A stretch of 32,000 nt of DNA, from contig NC_004459.3 of assembly GCF_000039765.1 (NCBI RefSeq), positions 2,541,127 through 2,573,126 on the forward strand, in the 5' to 3' direction. Below are positions 1 through 8,178 of this stretch, one piece after another. Position 1 is the stretch's first letter. The number at the start of each line of letters is the position of its first letter. A program made the position numbers and the translations under genes. The stretch is from Vibrio vulnificus CMCP6 (GTDB lineage: Bacteria; Pseudomonadota; Gammaproteobacteria; Enterobacterales; Vibrionaceae). The notes under the pieces were generated by a model, which saw only the letters and a list, made by a program, of their open reading frames with translations, had not been told where the DNA came from and made no database searches.

Positions 1-1
1 A

Positions 2-283
2 GAATTTAAGGTCGATCTACTACGCTTGGATTCTGAGCGAAAGGTTCGGCGAATTTTAAAGGAAAATACAGACTTTCTGCTTGTCTTTGGTAAGCTAAAA
101 AATCAAGGTGGGTACAAATTCCCTAAAAAATTTTCTCACTTTAAACATCACTTAATGGGTAAAAATAACTACATCATAGGTGTTGACGGTATAAACGATT
201 ACGCACCACATCCAGGAAATAAAGATATTTACTACGGTAACTATACTTACTCACCAAGACGAGTAAATGTAGAGGAACTTTAA
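2..283 (+). CDS. hypothetical cassette protein, 5' end probably cut by window edge
   Basis: Frame is open from base 2 (the track start at 26 is TTG). Stop TAA 281-283 lies 1 nt before the attC. No family recognised. Confidence 0.5.
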   Translation, partial: EFKVDLLRLDSERKVRRILKENTDFLLVFGKLKNQGGYKFPKKFSHFKHHLMGKNNYIIGVDGINDYAPHPGNKDIYYGNYTYSPRRVNVEEL

Positions 284-284
284 A

Positions 285-409
285 TATAACAAACAATTTA
301 AGAGTGATTCAGCACGCTTGGCATTCTTGATTTGGGTTGAGTTGAGAGTTTACGGTGGTCAAATTGAGAGTCGTGGTCGCGTGCTTCACACCTTAATTGG
401 GCGTTATGT
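285..409 (+). repeat. attC site 1
   Basis: R'' TATAAC at 5' end, R' GTTATGT at 3' end; arm class 5 (CAGCACGC / GCGTGCTT). Confidence 0.9.
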
Positions 410-429
410 AACAAGGAGAGTTTGGCTAA

Positions 430-936
430 ATGGAAGTAATATCTGAAAGGCTACGGATGAAGCCATTATCGGGAAATGACTTGTCTTTATTTCTACAACT
501 CCATACAAACCCAAGTGTCATTTCGCTCTGTTTCGATGAACTGCCAAAGTTAGAAATTGAGAGTAAATTTAAATCTCGATTAGCACCTTGGTTTGTAGAT
601 TCGGAGCATTGGTTATGTTTAGTTGTTGTCGAGTCCACAACGAATAAAGCAGTAGGTATAACAGGTTTTTGTGTTAACGATTCTGTTGCTGAAGTTGGGT
701 TTATGTTTTTACCCGAATATCATGGGCTCGGGTATGGTACAGAGTCACTGCAAGCCCTCATAAATTATTCAATGTCAGAGTTCGGCATCGATAAATACAG
801 TGCAGTTGTCACCGAGGGCAACATTGGTTCCGAAAAGGTACTTACAAAAGTGGGTTTTGTGCTCGATAGGATAGTGCCTCAAGCTTATGAAATTGGTGGT
901 CATTTGTACGCAGACCATGTCTACAAATATGTGTAA
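430..936 (+). CDS. GNAT family N-acetyltransferase (RimJ/RimL-like)
   Basis: 168 aa with GNAT-like core (..VGFMFLPEYHGLGYGTESL..NIGSEKVLTKVGF). GGAG-containing leader 10 nt upstream. Fills the cassette. Confidence 0.8.
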   Translation: MEVISERLRMKPLSGNDLSLFLQLHTNPSVISLCFDELPKLEIESKFKSRLAPWFVDSEHWLCLVVVESTTNKAVGITGFCVNDSVAEVGFMFLPEYHGLGYGTESLQALINYSMSEFGIDKYSAVVTEGNIGSEKVLTKVGFVLDRIVPQAYEIGGHLYADHVYKYV

Positions 937-944
937 AATTGTTA

Positions 945-1070
945 CATAACAAGGCGTTCAAGAGGGATTCATGCCGCGTGGCATTTTTGGTTTGCAGTGA
1001 GTTTTAGTGGTGAAAGTGGTCTGCGGAAGGTTGGCTTAGGCGGCATTCACCCCTTAACGCAGCGTTATAC
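945..1070 (+). repeat. attC site 2
   Basis: R'' CATAAC, R' GTTATAC; arm class 1 (CATGCCGCG / GCGGCATTCACCCC). Confidence 0.9.
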
Positions 1071-1088
1071 CACTACTGTTCAAAAAGC

Positions 1089-1117
1089 TTGCGTTTATAT
1101 AAAATTTTATATATCCT
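1089..1117 (+). promoter_or_regulatory. candidate promoter/operator upstream of HTH gene
   Basis: TTGCGT (1089-1094), 17-nt spacer, TATCCT (1112-1117). The spacer holds a perfect 18-bp palindrome TATATAAAATTTTATATA (1096-1113). Confidence 0.35.
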
Positions 1118-1145
1118 TTACCTCAAAGTAAGAGAGGTAAAGAAC

Positions 1146-1442
1146 ATGACAAGCATTTCATTCGACACAATGATCGCCGAGAATTTCTCGCCTTTTGAAA
1201 TTGTAGAAATGGACGTAAAAGGCAAACTTTTTACAATCATCAACTCTAAAATCCACCAGAAAGGCTGGAGCCAAAAAGAAGCCGCTGTGGCTCTTGAAAT
1301 CACTCAGCCAAGGATTAGTAATCTTAAAAACCTTCATCACGATAAATTTTCAATCGAGGCTTTAATGAAGCTTGCAGATAAATTGGGTTGTGAAATTGAG
1401 GTTAGTACAAAGTCTGGGTTGACTATCGCAATTTCAGAATAA
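1146..1442 (+). CDS. XRE-family HTH protein, HigA-like putative antitoxin
   Basis: Start taken at MTSISFD (GAGAGG SD upstream). HTH segment WSQKEAAVALEITQPRISNLKN and C-terminal ..LMKLADKLGCEIEV resemble antitoxins that pair with Gp49-like toxins. Confidence 0.65.
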   Translation: MTSISFDTMIAENFSPFEIVEMDVKGKLFTIINSKIHQKGWSQKEAAVALEITQPRISNLKNLHHDKFSIEALMKLADKLGCEIEVSTKSGLTIAISE

Positions 1443-1444
1443 GC

Positions 1445-1470
1445 AAAAAAGAGGGAGCGTGCTCCCTCTT
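1445..1470. terminator. hairpin between convergent genes (intrinsic terminator for the minus-strand gene)
   Basis: GAGGGAGC-GT-GCTCCCTC at 1451-1468, flanked by an A6 run on the + strand. This is a T-run after the hairpin on the - strand. Confidence 0.6.
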
Positions 1471-1474
1471 AAAA

Positions 1475-1816
1475 TTAATGGATCCCTTGAGCTGATTTGA
1501 AATCTTTAAACCGTTGTTCAACGGTAGCTTTGATTTTGGGATCTTGACCATTTCTGGATTTAGTGGCAAAAGCCAAAACTTCGATGTGACCATCGACCAA
1601 TGTTGTGTAGAACATACGACCCGCAGGACGACCTTTAACTTTGACCTCTACAACCGAAGTATGAACTGATTTGAACTTTTCGGTATCGAGGCTCGAATAC
1701 TCACCTTTTTTAAGAGTTTCTTCAACATAAGTTCTGAAGGCTTTCTGGGCATCTTTTGGAAGCTTTGCGAACTCACGAGTCGCAGGTTTTGAAACACAAA
1801 CATTAATTTTTGACAT
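1475..1816 (-). CDS. HigB/Gp49-like RelE-superfamily toxin (putative)
   Basis: 113 aa with AAGGAG SD. The pattern ..REFAKLPKDAQKAF.., ..VVEVKVKGRPAGRMFYT..HIEVLAFATKS.. matches the phage Gp49-like toxin layout. Confidence 0.6.
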   Translation of the reverse strand: MSKINVCVSKPATREFAKLPKDAQKAFRTYVEETLKKGEYSSLDTEKFKSVHTSVVEVKVKGRPAGRMFYTTLVDGHIEVLAFATKSRNGQDPKIKATVEQRFKDFKSAQGIH

Positions 1817-2018
1817 AAATTCTCCTTTATAGAATTAGTTTTTTGCCATAGGCACTCCTATGACGTGATTTGAAAGTTACAAAAAATTGCATAAGCTATT
1901 TCCTGTTTGTTAATGTGCAAAGTGCACGTTTAGGCATTAAGCCATCTGTTGCCTATTTAGGCGCGGTGAATATAAACTATTTAAGTAAAGAATTCATCTA
2001 CTTAATGGGTAAAAGTGG

Positions 2019-2142
2019 TATAACAAACTGTTTAAGAGGGATTCGCAACGCGTGGCATTTTTACTATGCGTTGGTTTAAGTGATTAAGGGGTATGCGGCG
2101 GCTTTTGTATTGCGTTGCTCACCCCTTAACAGGGCGTTATGC
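2019..2142 (+). repeat. attC site 3
   Basis: R'' TATAAC, R' GTTATGC; arm class 2 (CGCAACGCG / GCGTTGCTCACCCC). Confidence 0.9.
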
Positions 2143-2227
2143 GTTCACGAGAATTGCTGACTTTTTCATTAGTTCAAATTGACAAGTAATAGTAAACTAG
2201 GTGTATATTTTCGTAAGGTTTCTAAAT

Positions 2228-2464
2228 ATGAATCTAGCTACTTATATTGATTTAATTACAACCCAAAAAGAGTTTTCCTTGAGTGCCGAACAGTGTCAAT
2301 TGCTGAACGCTGATTTAGCCACTAAAACAATTACAGATATACCACCTTCTATTGCGAATGATCTTGAAGAGTACCTTTCAAAAGCTTTAGCGTACGGTAG
2401 TGTCGAAGCTGGCATTGCCTCTCAATTGGATGAACTACTTGAACAGTTGAGAGAACACGCATAA
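2228..2464 (+). CDS. hypothetical small acidic protein
   Basis: ATG at 2228 preferred over the GTG at 2201. The stop TAA is the TAA of the R'' box. Confidence 0.5.
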   Translation: MNLATYIDLITTQKEFSLSAEQCQLLNADLATKTITDIPPSIANDLEEYLSKALAYGSVEAGIASQLDELLEQLREHA

Positions 2465-2572
2465 CAAACTGTTTAAGAGTGATTCGCAACGCGTGGCATT
2501 TTTGCTATGCGTTTAAGGCAGTATGCGGCGGCATTGGTATTGCGTTGCTCACACCTTAACAGGGCGTTATGT
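2460..2572 (+). repeat. attC site 4 (short, 113 bp)
   Basis: R'' CATAAC, R' GTTATGT; arm class 2; central variable loop about 11 nt shorter than in the others. Confidence 0.9.
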
Positions 2573-2595
2573 TACTGCACTTTACGAGTAATTGA

Positions 2596-3348
2596 ATGAA
2601 TATAAAGTTGTTAGTTGGCGGTTGTTTACTCGGTGTAACCGCTCTATTTTTTGTCGGTAAACGAGGTGGTGAGGAGTTATCGCTCCCCGTGTGTGATTCC
2701 GTCCCTAAAATTGATACGCCAGTGCATTTTTTCACAGATGACTCCATTAGTGAGGCACGAATTGAAGAGTTTATTGACTATTCAAACCTTGTTCTAGAGA
2801 ACTCTTGCATTCCAATTAGAAGGACCCTTTCAGGAATCACCAAACTTGATTTGACCAGTTTTAAAAGTCAAGACAGTGGTAAGTTACATCAACAGTTACT
2901 CCTAAATGTTGGTAACTCGATTCTTGCGCCAATGCAAAAAGTTGGAAGTTATTATGTTCTAGTTCTTCCTAAAGACTTTCCTTTTGCAAAAGACAGTGCA
3001 GGAACTGCTCATGTAAATTTTAGTCGCAGTTTTTTGGTTCTATCTTCTGATGCAGAACTTCATGTGCTAGAGCATGAGTTGGGGCATCTGGCTTGGGCAT
3101 GGCACGACAACACAGCAATACATTGGTTAAAAGGGCAGCTTCTAAAAGAGCATCACAAGCAAATTAAGCCATATGCATTTGGGGCATTGTGTCATGAAGC
3201 GGGGACGGTAATGACTTATGCAGAGAAGCAGTTGCCAGCCTATTCATCACCAGATATCAAATATTATGGACAGGCTTGTGGCAATGCCGAAACTGCTGAT
3301 AATGCACGTCATATGCGAGAGTTTGCGCTATCACTGGTAGCTCCGTAA
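2596..3348 (+). CDS. putative membrane-anchored/secreted zinc metalloprotease (HExxH)
   Basis: 250 aa. N-terminal hydrophobic segment LLVGGCLLGVTALFFV. HELGH encoded at 3073-3087. Confidence 0.6.
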   Translation: MNIKLLVGGCLLGVTALFFVGKRGGEELSLPVCDSVPKIDTPVHFFTDDSISEARIEEFIDYSNLVLENSCIPIRRTLSGITKLDLTSFKSQDSGKLHQQLLLNVGNSILAPMQKVGSYYVLVLPKDFPFAKDSAGTAHVNFSRSFLVLSSDAELHVLEHELGHLAWAWHDNTAIHWLKGQLLKEHHKQIKPYAFGALCHEAGTVMTYAEKQLPAYSSPDIKYYGQACGNAETADNARHMREFALSLVAP

Positions 3349-3474
3349 CATAACAAGGCGTTCAAGCGGGATTCATGCCGCGTGGCATTTTTTGTTTGCA
3401 GTGAATTTTGGTGGTGAAAGTGGTCTGCGAAAGGTTGGTTTGTGCGGCATTCACCCCTTAACGCAGCGTTATAT
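3349..3474 (+). repeat. attC site 5
   Basis: R'' CATAAC, R' GTTATAT; arm class 1. Confidence 0.9.
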
Positions 3475-3504
3475 GCTTCAAAGATTCAATGGGTTAGGTG
3501 TGAT

Positions 3505-3930
3505 ATGAAAATAATTGGGTTTCTTTTAGTAGCTGCACTAACCGTAAATCTTTGTATCTCATCCTTTTCTATCTTCCAGCTATATCGTTATTTAGAGCTA
3601 CAAGATAGCAATTGGCAGAAGGGTGTTCATTTCTATACTGAAGCAAGAAATAACACCCAGATTTCGGTCCAAGAGCGCACTGCGGTAACTAAACTTATTG
3701 CTAAAGAATTGTTTATATTGGGGTATGACGGCGCCTACTATGTGGACATAAATGGTAAGGAAAAGTTGTTTAAGCCAACTGAAGGTCATCGAGAGGCAAG
3801 GAAGCTAAGTTTTCAATCGAGGCAAACCTCGATAGCATATATACACGAGCAACTTTGGCTAAATGCACTTTATGTCACGTTACTTCTAGTTATCGCAATC
3901 ATCAAAAGTAAATTTCAAAAACGCATATAA
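3505..3930 (+). CDS. hypothetical membrane protein
   Basis: Start moved to MKIIGFLL because the track start lies inside the attC. Hydrophobic N- and C-terminal segments. Stop lies in the R'' TAAC. Confidence 0.55.
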   Translation: MKIIGFLLVAALTVNLCISSFSIFQLYRYLELQDSNWQKGVHFYTEARNNTQISVQERTAVTKLIAKELFILGYDGAYYVDINGKEKLFKPTEGHREARKLSFQSRQTSIAYIHEQLWLNALYVTLLLVIAIIKSKFQKRI

Positions 3931-4053
3931 CAAGGCGTTTAAGGCAGATTCCCAACGCTTGGCATTTTGCATTTCAAGTTGGGTTTAGTGTTTACTGTGT
4001 AAAGGTTTAGGTTAGGTGGTAGGCGTTGTTCACTACTTAACGCGGCGTTAGGC
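3926..4053 (+). repeat. attC site 6
   Basis: R'' TATAAC, R' GTTAGGC; arm class 4 (CCAACGCTTGG / GCGTTGTTCAC). Confidence 0.9.
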
Positions 4054-4077
4054 CCAAATAGTATACAAGGAGGTTCA

Positions 4078-4812
4078 ATGAGTAAATTAGTGGTTTATTT
4101 GTCGGCAATTGTTGTCGCATGTTTAGTGGTAGCAGAGCCCGCATTTGCGGGCCCTGGAGGAAAAATTGCAAGCGTATTATCTGAGACATTCTGGGGAAAG
4201 GTAATAATAATATGTTTATTAGTCTTTTTTTCACCGTTTATAGTGTACGCCTTTTGCAAGGAGAAACTAGCTGAGCAACGTGCTAGAAAAGATCTGAGGT
4301 TTATGGCTGGCTATAGTGAACTGTTTGAGTGGTTAAAAGTACAAGAAAGAGTCAAGGATTGTTTCTATCGAGTGCATGCTGGTTGGGAGAGTGAAGACCT
4401 ATCGAGTGTTTCAGACTGGATGACAGATTGGTATTGGCAAAATCAGCAGCAAGTACATCTTGAGAGTTGGAAAAAACAAGGGTTGGTTAATGTATGTAAG
4501 GTAACCCATTTGTCCAAAATTAAGCCGTTACTATTTGTTCATAGGAATCAATCTGTAGAACACGAAGGTTCTATGGTTGTGGTTGCTATTACGGGAGAAA
4601 CTCAAGATTACCTAATGGTTAAAGAGACAGGAAAAATTGTTGAAGGGAGTAAAAAATTCAAAGATGTCGAAACAATTTGGACTTTGACCTTAACTAATGG
4701 GGTTTGGAAAGTCTCTAACATTGAAAGCTGTACGATGTTTATAGATTATGTCAATGAAGCTAAGCATTTACCCAAGATTGAGACTACGGTTGTAAGCGAC
4801 TTGAGGGCCTAA
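4078..4812 (+). CDS. membrane protein, possibly Tim44-like domain
   Basis: 244 aa with AGGAGG SD. Signal-like N-terminus plus a second TM segment. The soluble C-terminal domain resembles bacterial Tim44-like proteins (weak, from memory). Confidence 0.55.
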   Translation: MSKLVVYLSAIVVACLVVAEPAFAGPGGKIASVLSETFWGKVIIICLLVFFSPFIVYAFCKEKLAEQRARKDLRFMAGYSELFEWLKVQERVKDCFYRVHAGWESEDLSSVSDWMTDWYWQNQQQVHLESWKKQGLVNVCKVTHLSKIKPLLFVHRNQSVEHEGSMVVVAITGETQDYLMVKETGKIVEGSKKFKDVETIWTLTLTNGVWKVSNIESCTMFIDYVNEAKHLPKIETTVVSDLRA

Positions 4813-4933
4813 CAAAGCGTTTAAGAGGGACTTGGCACGTGTGGCATTTTCAATTTGCGGTAAGTTTAGTGGTTAAAGTGTGATGCGGTCACTTTTGTAT
4901 TGCGTGCCTGCGCCCCTTAACGCGGCGTTATAT
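4808..4933 (+). repeat. attC site 7
   Basis: R'' CCTAAC, R' GTTATAT; arm class 3 (TTGGCACG / GCGTGCCTGC). Confidence 0.9.
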
Positions 4934-4946
4934 GCTTGGGTGAAAA

Positions 4947-5279
4947 ATGATGGAACATAATGAAATACATTGGCACGATTGTGAGTTGCTGTCGATGATT
5001 GAAGTACCGTCACAAGACGAATTGATATTAAGAGTTATGTACCCAGTAGATTGGGAAAATGACGAATATGAAGAAACTGATATTGTATTCAGCGGATTCC
5101 ATTCTCTAAAGATCAACGAAATTCCTTTTGAAGGTAATCCAACACTCTTAGGACTAGAGTCTGTGAAAAGAGTGGATAGTGACTTATTCAAGTCGAGTTG
5201 GTTCAAGTTCAGCTTAAGTACAAATGCTGGTATTCGTGTGATCGAAGCCAAAAGTGTACACCTTAGAGAACGCATATAA
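4947..5279 (+). CDS. hypothetical protein
   Basis: 110 aa and fills the cassette. Stop lies in R''. The overlapping - strand ORF is a shadow. Confidence 0.55.
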   Translation: MMEHNEIHWHDCELLSMIEVPSQDELILRVMYPVDWENDEYEETDIVFSGFHSLKINEIPFEGNPTLLGLESVKRVDSDLFKSSWFKFSLSTNAGIRVIEAKSVHLRERI

Positions 5280-5401
5280 CAAAGCGTTCAAGGCGGATTC
5301 ACAACGCTTAGCGGTTTCAGTTCAGGTTAGGTTAAGTGTTTAAGGTACAATGGTTTAGGTTTGGTGGTTTGCGTTGTTCACCACTTAACGCGGCGTTATA
5401 T
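5275..5401 (+). repeat. attC site 8
   Basis: R'' TATAAC, R' GTTATAT; arm class 4. Confidence 0.9.
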
Positions 5402-5416
5402 GCACGGGAGAGTTCA

Positions 5417-5848
5417 GTGGAAGAAAGAATCCGAAAAAGGGACGTAAAAGTCTGCCCTGTAGTGCTCAGAAAATCAGGAAACTATCGTGAGTTACTGTTG
5501 TTTGAACATCCATTAGCTGAGGTTCAACTTGTTAAAGGAACACTAGAGCCGTCGGATATTTCTATCGAAAGTGCCGCTTTGAGAGAGCTGGAAGAAGAAT
5601 CTGGGTTATCTAGTGTATCAAGTGCTCACTATCTCGACTGCTGGGAAAGCGGTTTTCAAAATCAACTGTGGCATTTTGTGCTTTGCGAAATAGACCAAGA
5701 ACTACCGAATAGCTGGAGTTTCTTTACTCAAGATGACGGTGGGCATGAGTTTAATTTCTTCTGGCATAAAGTAGGAAGTAAGCCCGATTTTAAGTGTCAT
5801 AAAGTATTCTTTGACGCCATTAAGCAAGTCGAAATTCTGTGCATATAA
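5417..5848 (+). CDS. Nudix hydrolase
   Basis: Nudix box GTLEPSDISIESAALRELEEESGL. Start set at GTG 5417 after GGGAGAG because the track start lies inside the attC. Confidence 0.7.
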   Translation: MEERIRKRDVKVCPVVLRKSGNYRELLLFEHPLAEVQLVKGTLEPSDISIESAALRELEEESGLSSVSSAHYLDCWESGFQNQLWHFVLCEIDQELPNSWSFFTQDDGGHEFNFFWHKVGSKPDFKCHKVFFDAIKQVEILCI

Positions 5849-5970
5849 CAAACAATTTAAGAGGGATTCCCAACGCTTGGCATTTTTGTTTCTACTTCAA
5901 GTTTAGTGTTTATGGCACAATGCTTTAGGTTGGGTGGTAGCGTTGCTCACCCCTTAATTGGGCGTTATGC
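5844..5970 (+). repeat. attC site 9
   Basis: R'' TATAAC, R' GTTATGC; arm class 4 variant. Confidence 0.9.
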
Positions 5971-6322
5971 TTAATCACGTAAAATCAGTGGTTTATGATT
6001 TTTCTTTGTTCCCTCGGCTTTTCAGTTTTGTGTTTGTCGGCAAGCCGGCTTTTTCGAGCGCTGTTTTTCGGACACTTATTCTTTGGCGCTAAAAACTCTG
6101 AGAATTGCCTCAATCAATTCTCGGGCAAGCGCGAAGTTAGGGCGGTTGGCTCAATCAGAAATCCATTTCTAGGTTTTCAAACTTCAAACCAGATGTGCCA
6201 AAATTCCGAGCCTGATTATCAAAACTATGATTCATTTCGGTTTTCTACGTTTTGGCTTTTGTTTGTAAATCAAAGTCGAGTTAATCTTGGTTCTATTAAA
6301 ACGTAACCCATTGAAGCTTAAG
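5971..6322 (+). repeat. gene-less cassette body, family A copy A1
   Basis: Starts GCTTAATCACGTAAAATCAGTGG and ends ..CCCATTGAAGCTTAAG. Alignable by eye to 8 other A copies. No conserved frame. Confidence 0.85.
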
Positions 6323-6448
6323 CATAACAAGGCGTTTAAGTGGGATTTGGCACGCGTGGCATTTTCAGTTTGCGTTGGGTTCAGTAGTTACGGCACTGTG
6401 CGGTAGCTTTTGTATTGCGTGCCTGCACCCCTTAACGCGGCGTTAGGT
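6323..6448 (+). repeat. attC site 10
   Basis: R'' CATAAC, R' GTTAGGT; arm class 3. Confidence 0.9.
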
Positions 6449-6463
6449 GAATTTGGGGAAATA

Positions 6464-6979
6464 ATGCAGCAAATTTTGGAAACTGAACGTTTAATTCTTA
6501 GATCATTTAAGCAGTCTGATGCTGAGCAAGTATCAGTATTAGCTGGTGATAAACGAATCGCAGAAATGACAGCAAACATACCGCATCCATACGAAGTTTC
6601 AGATGCAATTTCATGGATTGAAACACATGAAATTGGTTTTGCCAGCGGAGAGAGTATTGTTTATGCGATTGTACATAAAGAATCGTTAGAGCTTATTGGG
6701 GCCGTGAGTTTGCCAAGCTTAAAAGATGGCCAAGGTATATTAGGTTATTGGTTGGGTGTCGATTTTTGGGGGCAGGGTTATGCGACAGAAGCTTCAAAGG
6801 CGCTAATTGAGTACGCAAAAGAATCTCATGGATTGAGAGAGTTAAAGGTTATGCATCTTGTTGGTAATGCTCGTTCAAAGTCAGTTATCGATAAACTTGG
6901 CGTTACTTACATAGAAAATCAAACACTTCGTATGCAAGGTGGTGAACGCGAGGTTTGTGTTTATATTTCAGCGGTATAA
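6464..6979 (+). CDS. GNAT family N-acetyltransferase (RimJ/RimL-like)
   Basis: Start at MQQILETERLILRSF. Motif ..WGQGYATEA.. and ..NARSKSVIDKLG.. The track start lies inside the attC. Confidence 0.8.
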   Translation: MQQILETERLILRSFKQSDAEQVSVLAGDKRIAEMTANIPHPYEVSDAISWIETHEIGFASGESIVYAIVHKESLELIGAVSLPSLKDGQGILGYWLGVDFWGQGYATEASKALIEYAKESHGLRELKVMHLVGNARSKSVIDKLGVTYIENQTLRMQGGEREVCVYISAV

Positions 6980-6984
6980 ATTCA

Positions 6985-7110
6985 CCTAACAAAGCGTTAA
7001 AGAGGGATTCATGCCGCGTGGCATTTTTGGTATGCGGTATGTTTTGGTGGTGAAAGTGGTCTGCGGGAAGTTGGTTTAGGCGGCATTCACCCCTTAACGC
7101 AGCGTTATGT
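6985..7110 (+). repeat. attC site 11
   Basis: R'' CCTAAC, R' GTTATGT; arm class 1. Confidence 0.9.
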
Positions 7111-7456
7111 TTAATCACGTAAAATCAGTTGTTTGCACTCTTTTTTGTTCACGTAGCTTTCAAGTTTTTCCCTTGTCGGCAAGCTAACTTCAGTGGTCGC
7201 TGTTTTCTGGACTCCTATTCGCGGGCGCGAAAAATTCGGAGAACTGCCTCATTGAAGTCCAGTGTGTTGGCGAGGAGAGTGAGGTGTTCTCAATTCCAAA
7301 GTTAGAGTTCCAGTTTTCGGTTTTTCACGCTAAAACTCAATGTTAGTAAAATCAAATTTATGAGTTAATTCAGTTTTTTAGCTTCTGGTTTTGGTTTTCA
7401 ACGGTAAGTCGAGTTAAGCTCTTGGTATCGTAAAACTTAACCCTTTGAGTCTTAAA
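7111..7456 (+). repeat. gene-less cassette body, family B copy B1
   Basis: Starts TTAATCACGTAAAATCAGTTG and ends ..CCCTTTGAGTCTTAAA. Nearly identical to 19661-20006. Confidence 0.85.
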
Positions 7457-7582
7457 CATAACAAGGCGTTTAAGCGGGATTCATGCCGCGTGGCATTTTT
7501 GGTTTGCAGTGAGTTTTGGTGGTGAAAGTGGTATGCGGAAGCTTGGTTTATGCGGCATTCACCCCTTAACGCGGCGTTATGT
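7457..7582 (+). repeat. attC site 12
   Basis: R'' CATAAC, R' GTTATGT; arm class 1. Confidence 0.9.
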
Positions 7583-8037
7583 TTACTTGTATTTCAAAGG
7601 CTTAAAGGTCTTAGGCTCTGGTTCTTTGTCCCTCTGGTAATTCGTCCCTAGTAGACTCAGCAAATCAGTATTGTTGGTCTAAGTTCTTGAACCACTCAGC
7701 CCGTAAAACATGCCAATGTTCGTGGGTTGCTTCATTGTCAGGTCGTGGCGGTCGGTTTCTTGTTTAACTGGCTTAAAGTCGCTTTTAGGTTCTTTGCCAA
7801 GTAGTATTTCGGCTTGGCAGTAGCCTCGGCAATTCAGCATTGTTTTGCGCTTTGGTTGGAAAGAAAGGGTGCTTGTTGAAACGAGGTCGGGTTGCCTCAT
7901 TGGGCAGGGAAGTGGAATTACAGGTTTTGGGTTAATCGCCTTTGGTGGCCAAGTTGGTTCTTACCTTGTGGTTTGCTTCAGAAAACTAGTTAGAAATCGC
8001 AGTTCTTTCTCAATTAAATCATGTATTTGTGGTAAAA
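7583..8037 (+). other. gene-less cassette body (singleton)
   Basis: Only 65-73 aa ORFs, on opposite strands and overlapping each other. T+G-rich top strand. Termini complement each other across the attC. Confidence 0.6.
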
Positions 8038-8161
8038 CATAACAAGCAATTCAAGCTGATTCGCAACGCTTGGCATTTTTGGTTTGATTCAGCTTTAGTG
8101 TTTACGGCACAATGCTTTAGGTAGGTGGCAGCGTTGCTCACAACTTAATTGGGCGTTAGCA
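8038..8161 (+). repeat. attC site 13
   Basis: R'' CATAAC, R' GTTAGCA; arm class 4-like. Confidence 0.9.
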
Positions 8162-8178
8162 ATCTTAGGAGAGACAGT

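Noticed and set aside
1870-2079. 69-aa plus-strand ORF between the toxin gene and attC 3
   Set aside because: It runs into the attC, has no SD and occupies what is more plausibly the promoter region of the minus-strand toxin gene.
3442-3504. N-terminal extensions of many plus-strand track ORFs (..RHSPLNAAL.., ..RCSPLNRAL..). Examples start at 3442, 5336, 6410, 13348, 14389, 16289 and 28605.
   Set aside because: These extensions are encoded by the right arm of the upstream attC. A better start with an SD lies just downstream of each R' box, so the starts were trimmed.
4928-5275. Antisense ORFs overlapping confident genes (426-638, 1118-1340, 4928-5275, 15105-15604, 17894-18088, 22965-23264, 24887-25123, 31029-31349, 31698-31892)
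   Set aside because: These are shadow ORFs on the strand opposite better-supported genes, with no independent signals.
5995-6306. ORFs inside family A cassettes (5995-6306, 10467-10673, 11503-11685, 27573-27764) with similar N-termini M(I/V)FLCSLG..
   Set aside because: The start codon and frame are not conserved among the nine copies: ATG to ATC, single-nt indels and early stops. The sequence composition is not protein-like either.
5971-6322. Family A/B elements as MITEs or REP-like intergenic repeats
   Set aside because: Every copy is bounded exactly by attC crossover points and has cassette-type terminal complementarity. There are no terminal inverted repeats or target duplications of their own.
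6903-7118. Minus-strand ORFs of 70-85 aa with recurring peptide ..NAALRGECRLNQL..HFHHQNSPHTKNATRHESLLNALL.. Others lie at 11785-12003, 13224-13463, 20974-21228 and 26764-26994.
   Set aside because: They are translations of the attC repeat itself. Their conservation reflects DNA repeat conservation, and they span cassette boundaries.
7679-8042. ORFs 7679-7900 (-) and 7845-8042 (+) in a singleton cassette
   Set aside because: They are short, overlap each other on opposite strands, lack an SD and have implausible composition. The cassette is treated as gene-less.
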